A stretch of 64,000 nt of DNA from Octopus sinensis (Eukaryota), in assembly GCF_006345805.1 (NCBI RefSeq), contig NC_042997.1, positions 125,984,001-126,048,000 on the forward strand, written 5' to 3'. The position numbers and the translations under genes were made by a program. This document shows, one piece after another, positions 52,182 through 64,000 of this stretch (positions are counted from its first letter, which is position 1; each line of letters opens with the position of its first letter). The notes under the pieces are model-generated. The model did no database searches, had not been told where the DNA came from, and saw nothing but the letters and a program-made list of their open reading frames with translations.

Positions 52182-52721
52182 ATTTATATATAATCAGAAT
52201 AAGCAACAAGGATATCCAGAGGTAATGAAGTACGATCATTTCATGCAACTCCATTTAATTGAACAATGCAAATATTACATCAGTTTTAAAATGTAGAGCA
52301 ATCTTCAGCTGCATAAAAATATGCATAAGTTATGGTTTTGACTATTAGTTTCTAGTTTTTTATTTCTATCATTTGATAGAAATAAAAATAATAATTATAT
52401 GAATGGAAATAAAAATAATAATAATATTTCTACTAACCAAGACTTAAACACCTATAATGAAAATAGTATTATTGAAATTGATGAGGTACATGATATAAAT
52501 GATATTAGGACCAATAATATAAATGTTACTGAATACAGTTCCAGTACATATGCGCACATAGATACTACTTGTATACCTGATGGTAATACGATAAACTTAT
52601 ATGATAAAAGAGTAGAGAAAAAATTAGAAACTAATAGTCAAAACCATAACTTACTAATAATATAATTATAGATAAAAATGATACTATTAGTGTTAATAAT
52701 GGTTTAAATAATAAAAGCAAC

Positions 52722-53070
52722 TTGTTTCCAAATAATACAAACATCAAAAATCATTCCCCTAGTTGTAATTGTAGAACCAAGTCCCACTGTCCGGTATCTG
52801 GTCGGTGTATGGTTCAAAACGTAGTATATAAATGTACAGTAATAACTTCAACTAATAACTTTATTTACTTCGGTTGCACAATAGATCTGAAGAAATGTAT
52901 AAACAATCACAATTCATCTTTTAGACTTAAACATAAGGCAAGTTGCACAACATTATCTAATAAAATTTGGGAGCTAAAATAAAATAAAATTGGATTTAGC
53001 CTTAAATAGGACATAGTAAGAAAGGCACAGCCTTATAAAACTAGTAGAGATGGATGTGAGCTTTGCTCTA
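52722..53070 (+). mobile_element. Penelope-like element GIY-YIG endonuclease relic
   Basis: CNCRTKSHCPVSGRCMVQNVVYKC...IYFGCT...NNHNSSFRLKHKASCTTLSNKIWELK*...AQPYK...CELC, with in-frame stops. Confidence 0.85.
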
Positions 53071-53199
53071 CTTCATTTTCATTATTTTTTATTTCATCTA
53101 GTTTCAGCTCACGAGCTGTGGCCATGCTGGGGCACTGCCATATATGAAATTTTGAAACATAGGGATAATGTATACTTATTAAATAACCGTTTTGAACTA

Positions 53200-54780
53200 G
53201 GAGTATCATGTATACATTGTACAACCCGTACCTTTAAATATTTTTTAAAATAGCATTCTGTTATTCCTAAATTTTAGATCTTAATGTTTTTTTAAAAAAT
53301 CAATAAGGAAATAGCATACCCTGCTACTTTTTATTATTTAATCAGCAATAGTTATTAAGAAATTCAATAACATACACAAATTGAATAAAGTTGAATAAAA
53401 ATTTTTAATTTTCTAAAATGATTACATAAATTCTATATATCTAATGAAGTTATTAAGTTGTATACTTACTCCACAATAAGTTTTAAAGATTTGGTAAGTT
53501 TCATATCTATTTCTGTGAGAATTCTACTCCACCTAATCCTTTTCAATATTATAAATATCACCTCTAATAAGCCTAAATTATTATACCCCATATAACTACA
53601 CTTCACTCTTAATACAAAATATAAGATTTCCATATAAATTAAATAATTCTGTTTTCATTTTTTTAAAAATTTACATTTTGGTTACCTCCCTTTCATTGTA
53701 TTTTTAAGATTTTGGTATGTGAGTCAAATTAATGCCTTATTTACTGAGAATCTCATAAAAAGATCTTCTAAATCTCCTTAATTAATATTCAAAACCTGAT
53801 CATCAATCATCATCGTTTAACGTCTGCTTTCCATGCTAGCATGGGTTAGACGATTTTGACTGCGGGCTGACGAACCAGACAGCCACACCAGGCTCCAATC
53901 TTGATCTGGCAGAGTTTCTACAGCTGGATGTCCTTCCTGATGCCAACCACTCCGAGAGTGTAGTGGGTGCTTTTTATGTGCCACCGGCATGGGGCCAGTC
54001 AGGCAGTACTGGCAATGACCTTGCTCAAATCTTTTTATACATGCCACCTGCACAGGTGCCAGTAAGGCGACGTTGGTAACGATCACGCTCAAATGGTGCC
54101 CTTTTATGTACCACTGGCACAGAAGTCAGCTGGTTGCTCTAGCAATAATCTGATAAAAATAGATAATAATATCTAAGTTATTTGATTTCTATTTCTCTAA
54201 AACAACTCTACCCTCATGATCTTTGTATGTATTAGAAAGCTTTATAAATGGATTATAAATAAGTAAATAACATTTTATAAGTACCAATTAATAATTATAA
54301 ATTTATCATATAAGGAATAATAATAGCATTTTCTTAAATCTATAAGAGAACCCAAAATTTTATATAAGTTTTATTAATAATATAACTTTTGCCCAATAAC
54401 TTGATCATTTCTTTACCTGGTATTAAACACTAGTTATTTATGGTAATTCTCATGATAAGTAAAAATTTTAGTCTAAAAATTATAGTATTATAAGAAAATT
54501 TCTTCTAACAACTTACCTCATGTATTAATATAAATGAGTTAGGTATATATTATAAGTTTTTAGAGCACAAATCTGTTCTACTCCTTGTCTATAATATTCT
54601 ACAGGAATTTATATTTATTTTTCATTATACCCATTTACATTTCTTTATTTTAATTTTAAAACATTTTTTCTTACTTATTTACCCGCTATATCATTTTATT
54701 TATAATATATTTCTATAAATTTCATACTCAACCTATACAGAACCATACTGATATATTTCACTATTTATTTTATAATAGAA
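53200..54780 (-). pseudogene. Possible highly decayed Penelope-like RT relic
   Basis: Very AT-rich. On the minus strand GGCTTATTAGAGGTGAT resembles GLYRDD with one indel. Interrupted by an RTE 3' end. Weak by-eye similarity only. Confidence 0.25.
53807..54135 (-). mobile_element. RTE family A 3' end
   Basis: Reverse-complement of the conserved terminus. Confidence 0.8.
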
Positions 54781-55037
54781 GAAATATGTTCAAAATGCTT
54801 AGCAGTATTTCGTCTGTCTTTATGTTCTGAGTTCAAATTCTGCCGAGGTCAACTTTGCCTTTCACATGGTTATTAAATTAAGTACCAGTTGTGTACTGGG
54901 GTTGATCTAATTGACTGGCCTCCACCCCAGAAATTTCAGGCCTTGTGCCTAGTGTAGAAAAAATTATATTATTCTTATAATTTATATCTTTATTGATGAG
55001 GATTTTGAAATTAGTGATTTCTATGTATGTCATCTGT

Positions 55038-55489
55038 TCTAGGCTCCGACGTCTGGCAGCTGACTTGGCAGACACCCATAAAATTATTAACCATCTTACA
55101 AACAATAACTCTGAGCACCTTTTCAAACTCCATCTGTCTATCACCCGTGGACATGTTTACAAAGTCAGAAAACAGCACAGCTCCCGTGACTTTCGGAAAC
55201 ATTTTTTCACGCTAAGAGTTACTGAAGCATGGAACAGACTGCCAGCATCAGTTGTTAGTTGTCGGAGCACTGCAAACTTCAAAACTTTCATGCTTCCTGA
55301 GATTCAGCAACACTACACCTGATTTTCTCCCCTCCATACACACACAAGCATGTATGTGACTCATACACTGTTCGCTTTCCAGACATTTGTACATTACTGC
55401 ATATGCTTTACACAAACTTTTGACAAGTTGTGGTGCACCTGAGCACTGTATACAATAATTTCATTATTATTATCATTATTATTATTATC
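55038..55489 (+). mobile_element. 5'-truncated CR1-type LINE 3' end
   Basis: RRLAADL...TRGHVYKVRK...RKHFFTLRVTEAWNRLP C-terminal motif, (ATT)n tail, and an 8-bp TSD TCATCTGT at 55030-55037 and 55490-55497. Confidence 0.85.
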
Positions 55490-56059
55490 TCATCTGTAAG
55501 ATCACATTGAAGTACTGAGAACATTGTTGATGTTCTTATTAGCTGTTAAGTTGAATGTTCTGATTCATATATTTTCGATTAGTCGATTGGGAAGTCTATT
55601 AGTTCTTTCTGACATAATGCAATAAAGCGTTCCCTCAATGATCCTTTGTGGTTCAGCATCCAGTTGCACTTGGAACATCCAATACAGAGATCCAAATTAC
55701 TAATGTTGAAATTTATGTTGGGAAAAGTGATATAAATTTGCGTTTATCATAATTTCTCGCGTGTGTGCATATGCATACATTTGTGTATATGTGTAGGTGT
55801 GTGTGTGTCAATGTGCTCATGTTTATCCCTTTGCTCTGCCCAGCAACCTGTGTTGGTTTGTTTACGTCTTCATTGCATAGTAACTTAGAAGTTCACAAAA
55901 ACAACAAAAACAAACAAACAATAGAATAAGCATCAGGCTTAAAAAGTAAACACTGATTTCTTTAACCTTAAGACATTCAAGGCTGTAACTCAGCATGGCC
56001 ACAGTCCAGTGACTGAAATAAGTAGAAGATAAAAGATGAAATGGTTTGTGTTATTTCAT

Positions 56060-56345
56060 CTTCATCATTTAACGTCCGTTTTCCATGCTGGCATGGGTTG
56101 GACAGTTCAACCGGGGTCTGGGAAGCCTAAAGGCTGCACCAGCCTCCAGTCTGATCTGGTAGTGTTTCTACACCTGGATGCCCTTCCTAATGTCAACCAC
56201 TCCGTGAGTGTAGTGGGTGCTTTTTATGTGCCACCAGCACAGGAGCCAGAGGAGGCTGGCAACGGCCACACTTCATTGGTGCTTTTTACGTGCTGCTGGT
56301 ACGGGTATCACAACTACAATTTCCATTTGATTTTTATTTTGATGA
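56060..56345 (-). mobile_element. RTE family A 3' end (further short copies at about 16470-16595, 23857-23975, 32686-32870, 33120-33215)
   Basis: Reverse-complement of the conserved terminus. Confidence 0.75.
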
Positions 56346-56720
56346 CCAGTAATAAAAAGGAGTGGAACAGACTTTTATAGGACTAACAGACCAGATAGCA
56401 TTAGTTCCACTGGACTGTGTCCATTTAGACATATGGGAGAGAACATGTCGATGTTGGCTAGCTCAAAGGTCAACCCTGATTAATCATCAACATTGTAACA
56501 TTTGTTGTTCAACACTTAGATGCGTCTGACAGAATTTGTTGAGGTATCTTTTCTATGGCCAGATACTCTTCCTGTCACCAACCCTCACTTATTTCCAAAA
56601 CAAGGTGATATTTTCCCATGGCCATACATGTTTTCAAGGGTGATTGGAAAGAAATGACCGCTTGTATGATGGTGACACTAATTTACAACCATCAAATCAT
56701 ATCAGAACAAGGAGGCACAA

Positions 56721-56751
<31 letters not shown>

Positions 56752-56788
56752 TACAAACACATACAAACACAAACACACACACACACCA

Positions 56789-56829
<41 letters not shown>

Positions 56830-57454
56830 TACAAACACATACAAACACAAACACACACACACACCAACACACACACACACACATGTAAGAGACTTCTTTC
56901 AGCTTTCGTCTACTAAATCCACTCACAAGTCTGTAATTGGCTGAGGCTAATAGTAGAAGACACTTACCCAAGATGCTATGCAGTGGGATTGAACCAAGAA
57001 CCATGTGGTTGTGATGCAAACTTCTTAACTACACGGCCAATAATCAAAATATGGGTGTTCTATTCATGACTATCCCATGTTTTCATCCAAAATTACATTT
57101 AGGGCCATGTTATCCTATTTTTCTTAAGACTGTAGGTTATAGAGGGAGATTCAACTTCTATTTCTAGCAGGTTGAACAGATGTGTAGCAGTTTGAACATA
57201 GGCCTAGAACACAGTTATAGTGAATCATCATTGTGTTAATGTCCACTTGTCCATGCTTGTACTGGTCTGACAGAATTTTTTGAGGCAGACTTTCTACAGC
57301 CAGATACCCTTCCTGCTGGCAACCAAGGTAATGCACCCATATGGCCACACAGGTTTTCACAGAATATTGGAAAGGAATAATATTCATTTACAACAATCAT
57401 TCAACATCAAGTCAAGGAGACACAGACATGTGCATGTGTGTATATAATATATAT

Positions 57455-58558
57455 CATCATCATCATCATTGTTTAATGTCCGCTTTCCCTGCTGGCATGG
57501 GTTGAACGGTTTGACTGAGGACTGGTGAGCCAGATGGCTGCACTAGGCTCCAATCTGATCTGGCAGACTTTCTACAGCTGGATGCCCTTCCTAACACCAA
57601 CCACTCTGAGAGTGTAGTGGGTGCTTTTACGTGCCACCGGCATGAGGGCCAGTCAGGCGGTACTGGCAACAGCCACGCTCAAAGTGTTTATTATGTGGCA
57701 CCTGCACAGGAGCCAGTCCAGCAGCACTGGCAATGACCTCACTCGAAGGCTGAGCATAGCAATTTAGAAATATCTCAATTTTTAAAAGTTGTCAGATCTT
57801 TCATCTACAAAGTTTGTAAGGAGCTATGAGACTGAAGATGGAAGCGTATCACCAGTATCAAAGCATAAAAAGCATTCTAAATGCTCTGAAATCATCAGAA
57901 CACCTGAATTTATCCAACAAGTTTGATGGACCATTGATTACAATCCCAGAAAGTCCATGAGATCAGTTGCAAAAGATCTTCATGTGTCAGAAGGAACAGT
58001 CTGGTGTGCTAAGGATTTTGCCAACTTGCCTTTATACACACACACACAACATTTCTGTCTACCAAATCTACTCATAAAGCTTTAATTGGTATGGTACTAT
58101 AGTAGAAGATCAGGTCTCCGCTTGGAGCTACTGGTAACATGTAACCCAGTACAACCTGTTACATGGTCGGGTCGTTGGCGACTAAACTGGCAACCCCACC
58201 AAGATTTCTTGGTGAGGAGGGTGATTTGGACACCCAGCAGGACTAAAAACAAAACCTGTCAAAGGGCAGAGGAACTCTCTCATGAGTCAATGGCCATCCA
58301 AAATCCGGAGTGGAGCCCCTAAGGCGGTTGGATTGCGCCATGCGTGCCACCTTCCGGCAGCTCCTGCATCTTGGTCTACCCCCAGTCGTCTTGACTTTGT
58401 CTTGCCACTGGATCCGGCCACTGGAAAGGTACACATAAGTGGGCTGGTTACAGCACTGGCATAGGCCATGGGTTGTGGTCTCACTTGGCTTGCCGGGTCT
58501 TCTCAAGCACAGCATATTTCCAAAGGTCTCGGTCACTAGTCATTGCCTGTGTGAGGCA
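57455..58558 (-). mobile_element. RTE family A 3' end interrupted by the 673-bp insertion
   Basis: Tail and UTR at 57455-57745. ORF end LTQAMTSDRDLWKYAVLEKTRQAK* and proximal UTR at 58423-58558. Confidence 0.8.
57746..58418 (+). repeat. 673-bp direct copy of 58707-59377 (mariner fragment, SINE fragment and first 308 nt of the RTE)
   Basis: Near-identical to 58707..59377: two 1-nt indels and one substitution were seen. It interrupts an older RTE-family 3' end. Confidence 0.95.
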
Positions 58559-58972
58559 AAGGGTGCATAAGATATTTTAGGACATACCATTTTTAGGTCA
58601 TTGCTGCATTTGTTGTGAACTCTGATAATCTTTGTTTCCAAAAATAATAATGGCAGACCCTCAGCTTATTCAAGAAATGAAGAGGCATGCTGTTATTGTG
58701 GTTGTAAAGGCTGAGCATAGCAATTTAGAAATATCTCAATTTTTAAAAGTTGTCAGATCTTTCATCTACAAAGTTTGTAAGGAGCTATGAGACTGAAGAT
58801 GGAAGCGTATCACCAGTATCAAAGCATAAAAAGCATTCTAAATGCTCTGAAATCATCAGAACACCTGAATTTATCCAACAAGTTTGATGGACCATTGATT
58901 ACAATCCCAGAAAGTCCATGAGATCAGTTGCAAAAGATCTTCATGTGTCAGAAGGAACAGTCTGGTGTGCTA
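58559..58972 (+). mobile_element. Degenerate Tc1/mariner-superfamily transposase N-terminus
   Basis: Translates as MADPQLIQEMKRHAVIVVVKAEHSNLEISQFLKVVRSFIYKVCKEL* ... RTPEFIQQV*WTIDYNPRKSMRSVAKDLHVSEGTV, a paired-like HTH region with stops. Confidence 0.7.
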
Positions 58973-59070
58973 AGGATTTTGCCAACTTGCCTTTATACAC
59001 ACACACACAACATTTCTGTCTACCAAATCTACTCATAAGCTTTAATTGGTATGGTACTATAGTAGAAGAT

Positions 59071-62000
59071 CAGGTCTCCGCTTGGAGCTACTGGTAACAT
59101 GTAACCCAGTACAACCTGTTACATGGTCGGTCGTTGGCGACTAAACTGGCAACCCCACCAAGATTTCTTGGTGAGGAGGGTGATTTGGACACCCAGCAGG
59201 ACTAAAAACAAAACCTGTCAAAGGGCAGAGGAACTCTCTCATGAGTCAATGGCCATCCAAAATCCGGAGTGGAGCCCCTAAGGCGGTTGGATTGCACCAT
59301 GCGTGCCACCTTCCGGCAGCTCCTGCATCTTGGTCTACCCCCAGTCGTCTTGACTTTGTCTTGCCACTGGATCCGGCGCACCAGGACGAGAGAGTGAGGC
59401 TGATCCTGCGCAAGTCACCCTCACTATAATCCAAGTCACGCGCATGTCACGACATCATGACGCCATGACACCATCCCAAAGTCCTGTGGCGATGGGGAAA
59501 CGGCGAAGTAGCAGGTGAGGATACACTGGGAGCTGCAGTCGTGAACCCACACACAGGCGGCTCAGGACATGTGGTCGCCCCTCACTGAACTGAGGCAGCA
59601 GTGGAGTCCGGCAGCCTCCTGAGTGACCGAGCAGCCCTCTTCAGGATCGCTCTGCTTGCCTCCCCAGCATGAGGACGGGGCTAGAAAAGGTTGCCCTAAA
59701 CATAGCCTGCCTCACCTCACCCTGGTCAGCAAACCGCGGCTGGCGGGGATCCTTTCCAAGCGGTCGAAACAAAGAAAGAAGAAAACAAACAAGGTGCTCA
59801 CTTTCGCAACTTGGAACGTGAGAACTCTGCTTGACAACACCAAAGCGGACAGACCAGAGAGACGAACTGCCCTGGTGGCCAGAGAACTGAGCCGATACAG
59901 TGTCGATATTGCAGCACTGAGCGAGACCCGCCTTGCGGACAAAGGCCAGCTGACAGAGACAGGCGGCGGCTACACTTTCTTTTGGAGTGTCGCAGCAGCG
60001 AAGAGCGTCGTGAGGCTGGTGTTGGTTTTGCCATTAAGTCAGTACACGTGCGGAAACTGGAAAGCCCCCCCGAGGGTATCAACGATCAGCTGATGAAGAT
60101 GCAGCTCCCACTTGGAAACAAGACTAGTGCGACCATCATCAGTGCTTACGCCCCCACCATGACCAACCCTGAAGAAGTTAAGGACAGGTTCTATGAGGAA
60201 CTCGACTCCCTCATCACGTCAGCCCAGCCTGGGAAGCTCATCCTCCTTGGGGATTTTAACGCCCGTGTCGGGACTGACCACCAAGCCTGGCATCGCGTAC
60301 TGGGAAAGCAAGGAATCGGAAAGTGCAACAGCAACGGACAGCTCCTCCTGCGTGCGTGTGCCTCTCATGATCTTACCATCGCCAACACCTTGTTCCGTCT
60401 GCCAACACGCAACAAGACATCATGGATGCATCCACGCTCCAAACACTGGCATCTGATAGATTACGTCATCGTCAGGGCGAAAGACAGGCGGGACGTGAGG
60501 CTGGTCAAAGCCATGTGCGGAGCTGACTGCTGGACGGACCATCGCCTCATCATCTCCAGGATGGATTTCTACATCCGACCTAAGAGAAGACCACAGGGTC
60601 AGAAAGTGACGAGGAAGCTTAACATCACGAAATTAAGAACCAGCTGACTGCACAAGATCTCCAGTCACGTATGGACAGTAAGCTGTTGGACATTCGGAGT
60701 GACCAGTCCAGCATCGATGAGCAGTGGGATCATTCAGGGACACAGTTCATTCCATCGCCCTTGAAACTCTGGGCAAATTACGAGGAACCACCAGGACTGG
60801 TTCGACGAAACGACCAGGAATCCAAAAGCTCCTGGAAGAGAAACGCCGTCTGCTGCGGGCTCACCAAAATGACACCACCTGCACGGCAAAGAAGGCCGCT
60901 TTCAACAACATTCGCAGCACAGTCCAGGCTAAACTCCGCCTCATGCAAGATGCATGGTTAAGCGCCAAGGCGGATGAGATTCAGGATACGCAGACAAACA
61001 CGACACCAAGAAATTCTACGAGGCGCTGAAAGCTGTCTATGGACCGCAGTTCTCCTTTGGATCAACCCCCCTGCTCAGCTCAGATGGAACCTCACTCCTG
61101 ACTAACAAGAGGCTGATCCTGGAGAGATGGGCGGAGCACTTCAACATCGTGCTCAACCGACCAGCCCAGATCAACGAGGAAGCCATCGCACGTCTCCCCC
61201 AGGTGCCGACAAACCACGAGTTGGCTGTTCCCCCTGCAGTCGGGGAAGTGAGCAGAGCCATCAAAAAAATGTCCACCGGCAAAGCTCCAGGCTCTGACGC
61301 CATCCCTGCAGAGGTGTTCAAGTCGGAGGCCCCCACCATGATCAGTCAGCTCACCAGCCTGTTCCAGTCGATGTGGACAGGGAACAACTCCCTCAAGATT
61401 TCCGGGATGCAACAATCGTCCACATTTATAAGCGGAAAGGAGATCGGCAGTCCTGCGACAACCACCAAGGTATTTCCCTCTTGTCCATAGCAGGCAAGAT
61501 CCTGGCCCGGGTCCTGCTTGACCGCCTTCTGGAACACTTGGAGCAAGGCCTTCTCCCTGAGAGCCAGTGTGGCTTCCGTGCGGGTCGAGGGACCACTGAC
61601 ATGATATTCGCCGCCCGCCAGCTCCAGGAGAAATGCATGGAGCAGCACCTTGACCTCTGCATGACCTTTGTTGACCTCACCAAGGCCTTTGATACAGTCA
61701 GTCGGGAGGGACTATGGAAGGTCATGGGAAAATTTGGTTGCCCCAGCAAATTTATTGCAATTGTCCGCCAGTTCCACGACGGAATGACAGCCAGAATCCT
61801 TGAGGACGGCGACTCATCTGAAGCCTTCCAGGTGACCAACGGAGTCAGGCAGGGCTGTGTCCTGGCCCCAACACTGTTCAGCATCATGTTCTCGGCAATG
61901 ATGTCCGACGCCTTTAGGGACTGCAAGTCCGGTATCAACATCAAGTACAGGACAGACGGGAAACTTTTCAACTCCAGGAGATTGCAGGCTGTCACAAAGG

Positions 62001-63023
62001 TGAGGGAGACAGTCGTCAGAGACTTTCTCTTTGCTGACGACTGCGCCCTTAATGCAATCGATGAGCAGGAGATGCAGCTCGAGATGGACAGGTTCTCATC
62101 AGCCTGTGACAACTTCGGTCTCACCATCAGTGCAAAGAAAACCGAAGTGATGTTTCAGCCAGCCCCCGGCAAACAATACCATGAGCCTCAGATAAGGGTG
62201 AACGGACGGATCTACGAGTGGTGGAAAACTTCACCTACCTGGGCAGCACTCTCTCCTGCAATGCCAACATAGATGCTGAAACCATCAACAGAATCTCCAA
62301 GGCAAGCAGCGCGTTTGGGAGACTGCGAAAGAAAGTCTGGGAGCGGAGAGGAATCAGCCTCAACACCAGCTGAAAGTCTACCGGGCAGTCGTGCTTACCA
62401 CTCTACTATACGGCTGCGAAACGTGGACTGCTTACCGAAGGCACGAGCGCCAGATAAACCACTTCCATCTCAGGTGTCTTCGGAATCTCCTTCACATCCG
62501 CTGGCAGGACAAAGTCCCAGACACGGAAGTTCTGAAGCAGGCAGATCTCCCTAGCACCATCACAATCATGCGCAAGGCCCAGCTGAGATGGGCGGGCCAC
62601 GTCTCCCGCATGTCCGACACTCGCATCCCAAAACAGCTCTTCTACGGTGAACTCGGCCAGGGCAGGCGCAAAGTCGGAGGGCAGAAAAAGCGCTACAAGG
62701 ATAGTCTCAAGGTCTCTCTCAAAGACTTCTCCATCGGAACAGAGACCTGGGAGACACTTGCTGCCAACCGCTCATCCTGGCGCAGCGCAATCACCGTGGG
62801 AGCAGGGACAGCCGAGGAGGGACGGATTCGGTCAGCGGAGCAGAAACGTCAGATGCGTAAAGTCAGAGCCGCCTGCACCAGTAGCACTGCCCCTACCCAC
62901 TTCTGCCCCACCTGTGGGAGGGGCTTCCTTGCCCGGATTGGCCTCACCAGCCACCTCCGGTCTCATGGCGGCAGTTCCATCAGATGATGTCAGTTGGTCA
63001 TCTTCGAACCGAAGGACGAACAT
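59071..63023 (+). mobile_element. Full-length RTE-clade LINE (AP endonuclease, RT, C-terminal C2H2 finger)
   Basis: TSD TATAGTAGAAGAT at 59058-59070 and 63024-63036. Motifs: TWNVRTL, ALSETR, LGDFNARVG, IDYVI (endonuclease); QCGFRAGRGTTD, FVDLTKAFDTV, GVRQGCVLAP, FADD (RT); CPTCGRGFLARIGLTSHLRSH. GC-rich and CpG-rich relative to the host. The ORF is split by many -1 frameshifts. Confidence 0.97.
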
Positions 63024-63554
63024 TATAGTAGAAGATACTTGCCCAAGGTGCCAGACTGTGAGAGTGAACCCGAAAGCCATGTGGTTGGGAAGCAAATTTC
63101 TCAACCACACTCCCACAGATGCACTTATATGTTGAAAATGTTAATTATCCTGCATCTGTATGCTGAAGGTATTATCTTGAATGTTGAAGCTGTTAACTGA
63201 CCTCAACCCAAATGATGTTAATTTGGTCTTAATCAGAAAACGAGAACATATTGAAAGAAATTGCTCACTGGATGGGACACAAAAACAGCCTTCCCTAAAG
63301 ACTTATCAACGAACTCTAGATAGACAGTGCCAGCCAGGATATCTGGTGTTAAGGAAAACTTCCCAATCAAGCAACCAGATAAACTGCAGTAATAGTTAAA
63401 AGTTATTTATTGTAGAATGAATAAAGTTCAGTTAATAGAATACCCTCCAAAACATTGATTTAATTATATGTTATATTCTTCTGAAGCAGTATTGTAATGC
63501 AGATACATAGTGAAGGACAAATTAACTACAGTATTTGTCCAGTGATAATACCCC

Positions 63555-63782
63555 TTAACCCTTTCGTTACTGTATTTATTTTGAGATGCTCTGTATTTCT
63601 TTCAATTACTTTAAATATAACTGAGAATTTAGTAAAATAACTTAGTTATCATTCAGCTAGTGTCAGGAGCATAAATTGTGACTAAGGTTTGGTGGAAGAT
63701 TTTAATTGAAAACTTATGAAAACAAGACATTTGTACTCAGAGCGAGAACCGGTTTCAGCCAGGTTGGTGACGAAAGAGTTAA
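63555..63782. mobile_element. piggyBac-type MITE family 1, opposite orientation (partial copy also at 22783-22976)
   Basis: TTAA-flanked reverse-complement of 18796-19023. Confidence 0.85.
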
Positions 63783-64000
63783 GGATGCGTTGTTTAAAAA
63801 CACCAAAATATGTCAGTAGTAGATGAAAATCATTCAAGCAGACAGTTAAGAGCAACACCATTGATTTATTCAGTCACTGTTTTTCTATATGAGTAGTAAT
63901 GAATTATGCCTTAGCATGTGGCTGGCAGTGGATACATGCTGCTGACAAAGCCTAAGGTAGAAATACTTGTCTAACATTATCACTGTCCACACTGGACAAG

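Noticed and set aside
59417-59428. ACCCTCACTATA resembling T3/T7 promoter sequence (vector contamination)
   Set aside because: Short partial match inside a continuous RTE 5' UTR, with no other vector sequence.
59071-59670. HDV-like, twister or pistol ribozyme in the RTE 5' UTR
   Set aside because: I could not assign the required P1/P2/P3/P1.1 or pseudoknot partners by eye. The GCCCCTAAGGCGGTTG resemblance to pistol lacks its complementary loop.
61037-62127. Long minus-strand ORFs (up to 233 aa)
   Set aside because: Antisense shadows of the GC-rich RTE ORF.

Overview
Eukaryotic, AT-rich, microsatellite- and repeat-dense DNA. The SINE/LINE families look like an Octopus-type cephalopod genome (inference). 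The only host gene is the 5' half of a minus-strand SREBP (SREBF) gene with five coding exons: 45910-45799, 11036-10280, 8040-7684, 5323-5021 and 4319-4205. All junctions are GT-AG and phase-compatible, intron 1 is about 34.8 kb, the N-terminus is very Gln-rich, and the bHLH basic region carries the diagnostic EKRYR. Exon 2 has a 1-nt deletion inside a 55-codon CAG/CAA tract, probably an assembly error. The rest is transposon-derived: a full-length RTE LINE with a 13-bp TSD, many 3' ends of a second RTE family, CR1, Penelope-like and mariner relics, piggyBac-, hAT- and Tc1-type MITEs, and several tRNA-derived SINE families. Main hunt results: (1) at least six unrelated short element families beside (TA)n tracts each carry a minimal type-I hammerhead ribozyme motif, including a U3-A8 covariant core on the SREBP sense strand; (2) a cluster of sterol-regulatory elements with CCAAT and GC boxes lies in SREBP intron 1, a candidate autoregulatory enhancer; (3) the probably intact RTE begins with an H-type pseudoknot; (4) a 673-bp templated duplication copies the RTE 5' junction. 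All of this was read by eye; no searches or folding programs were run.
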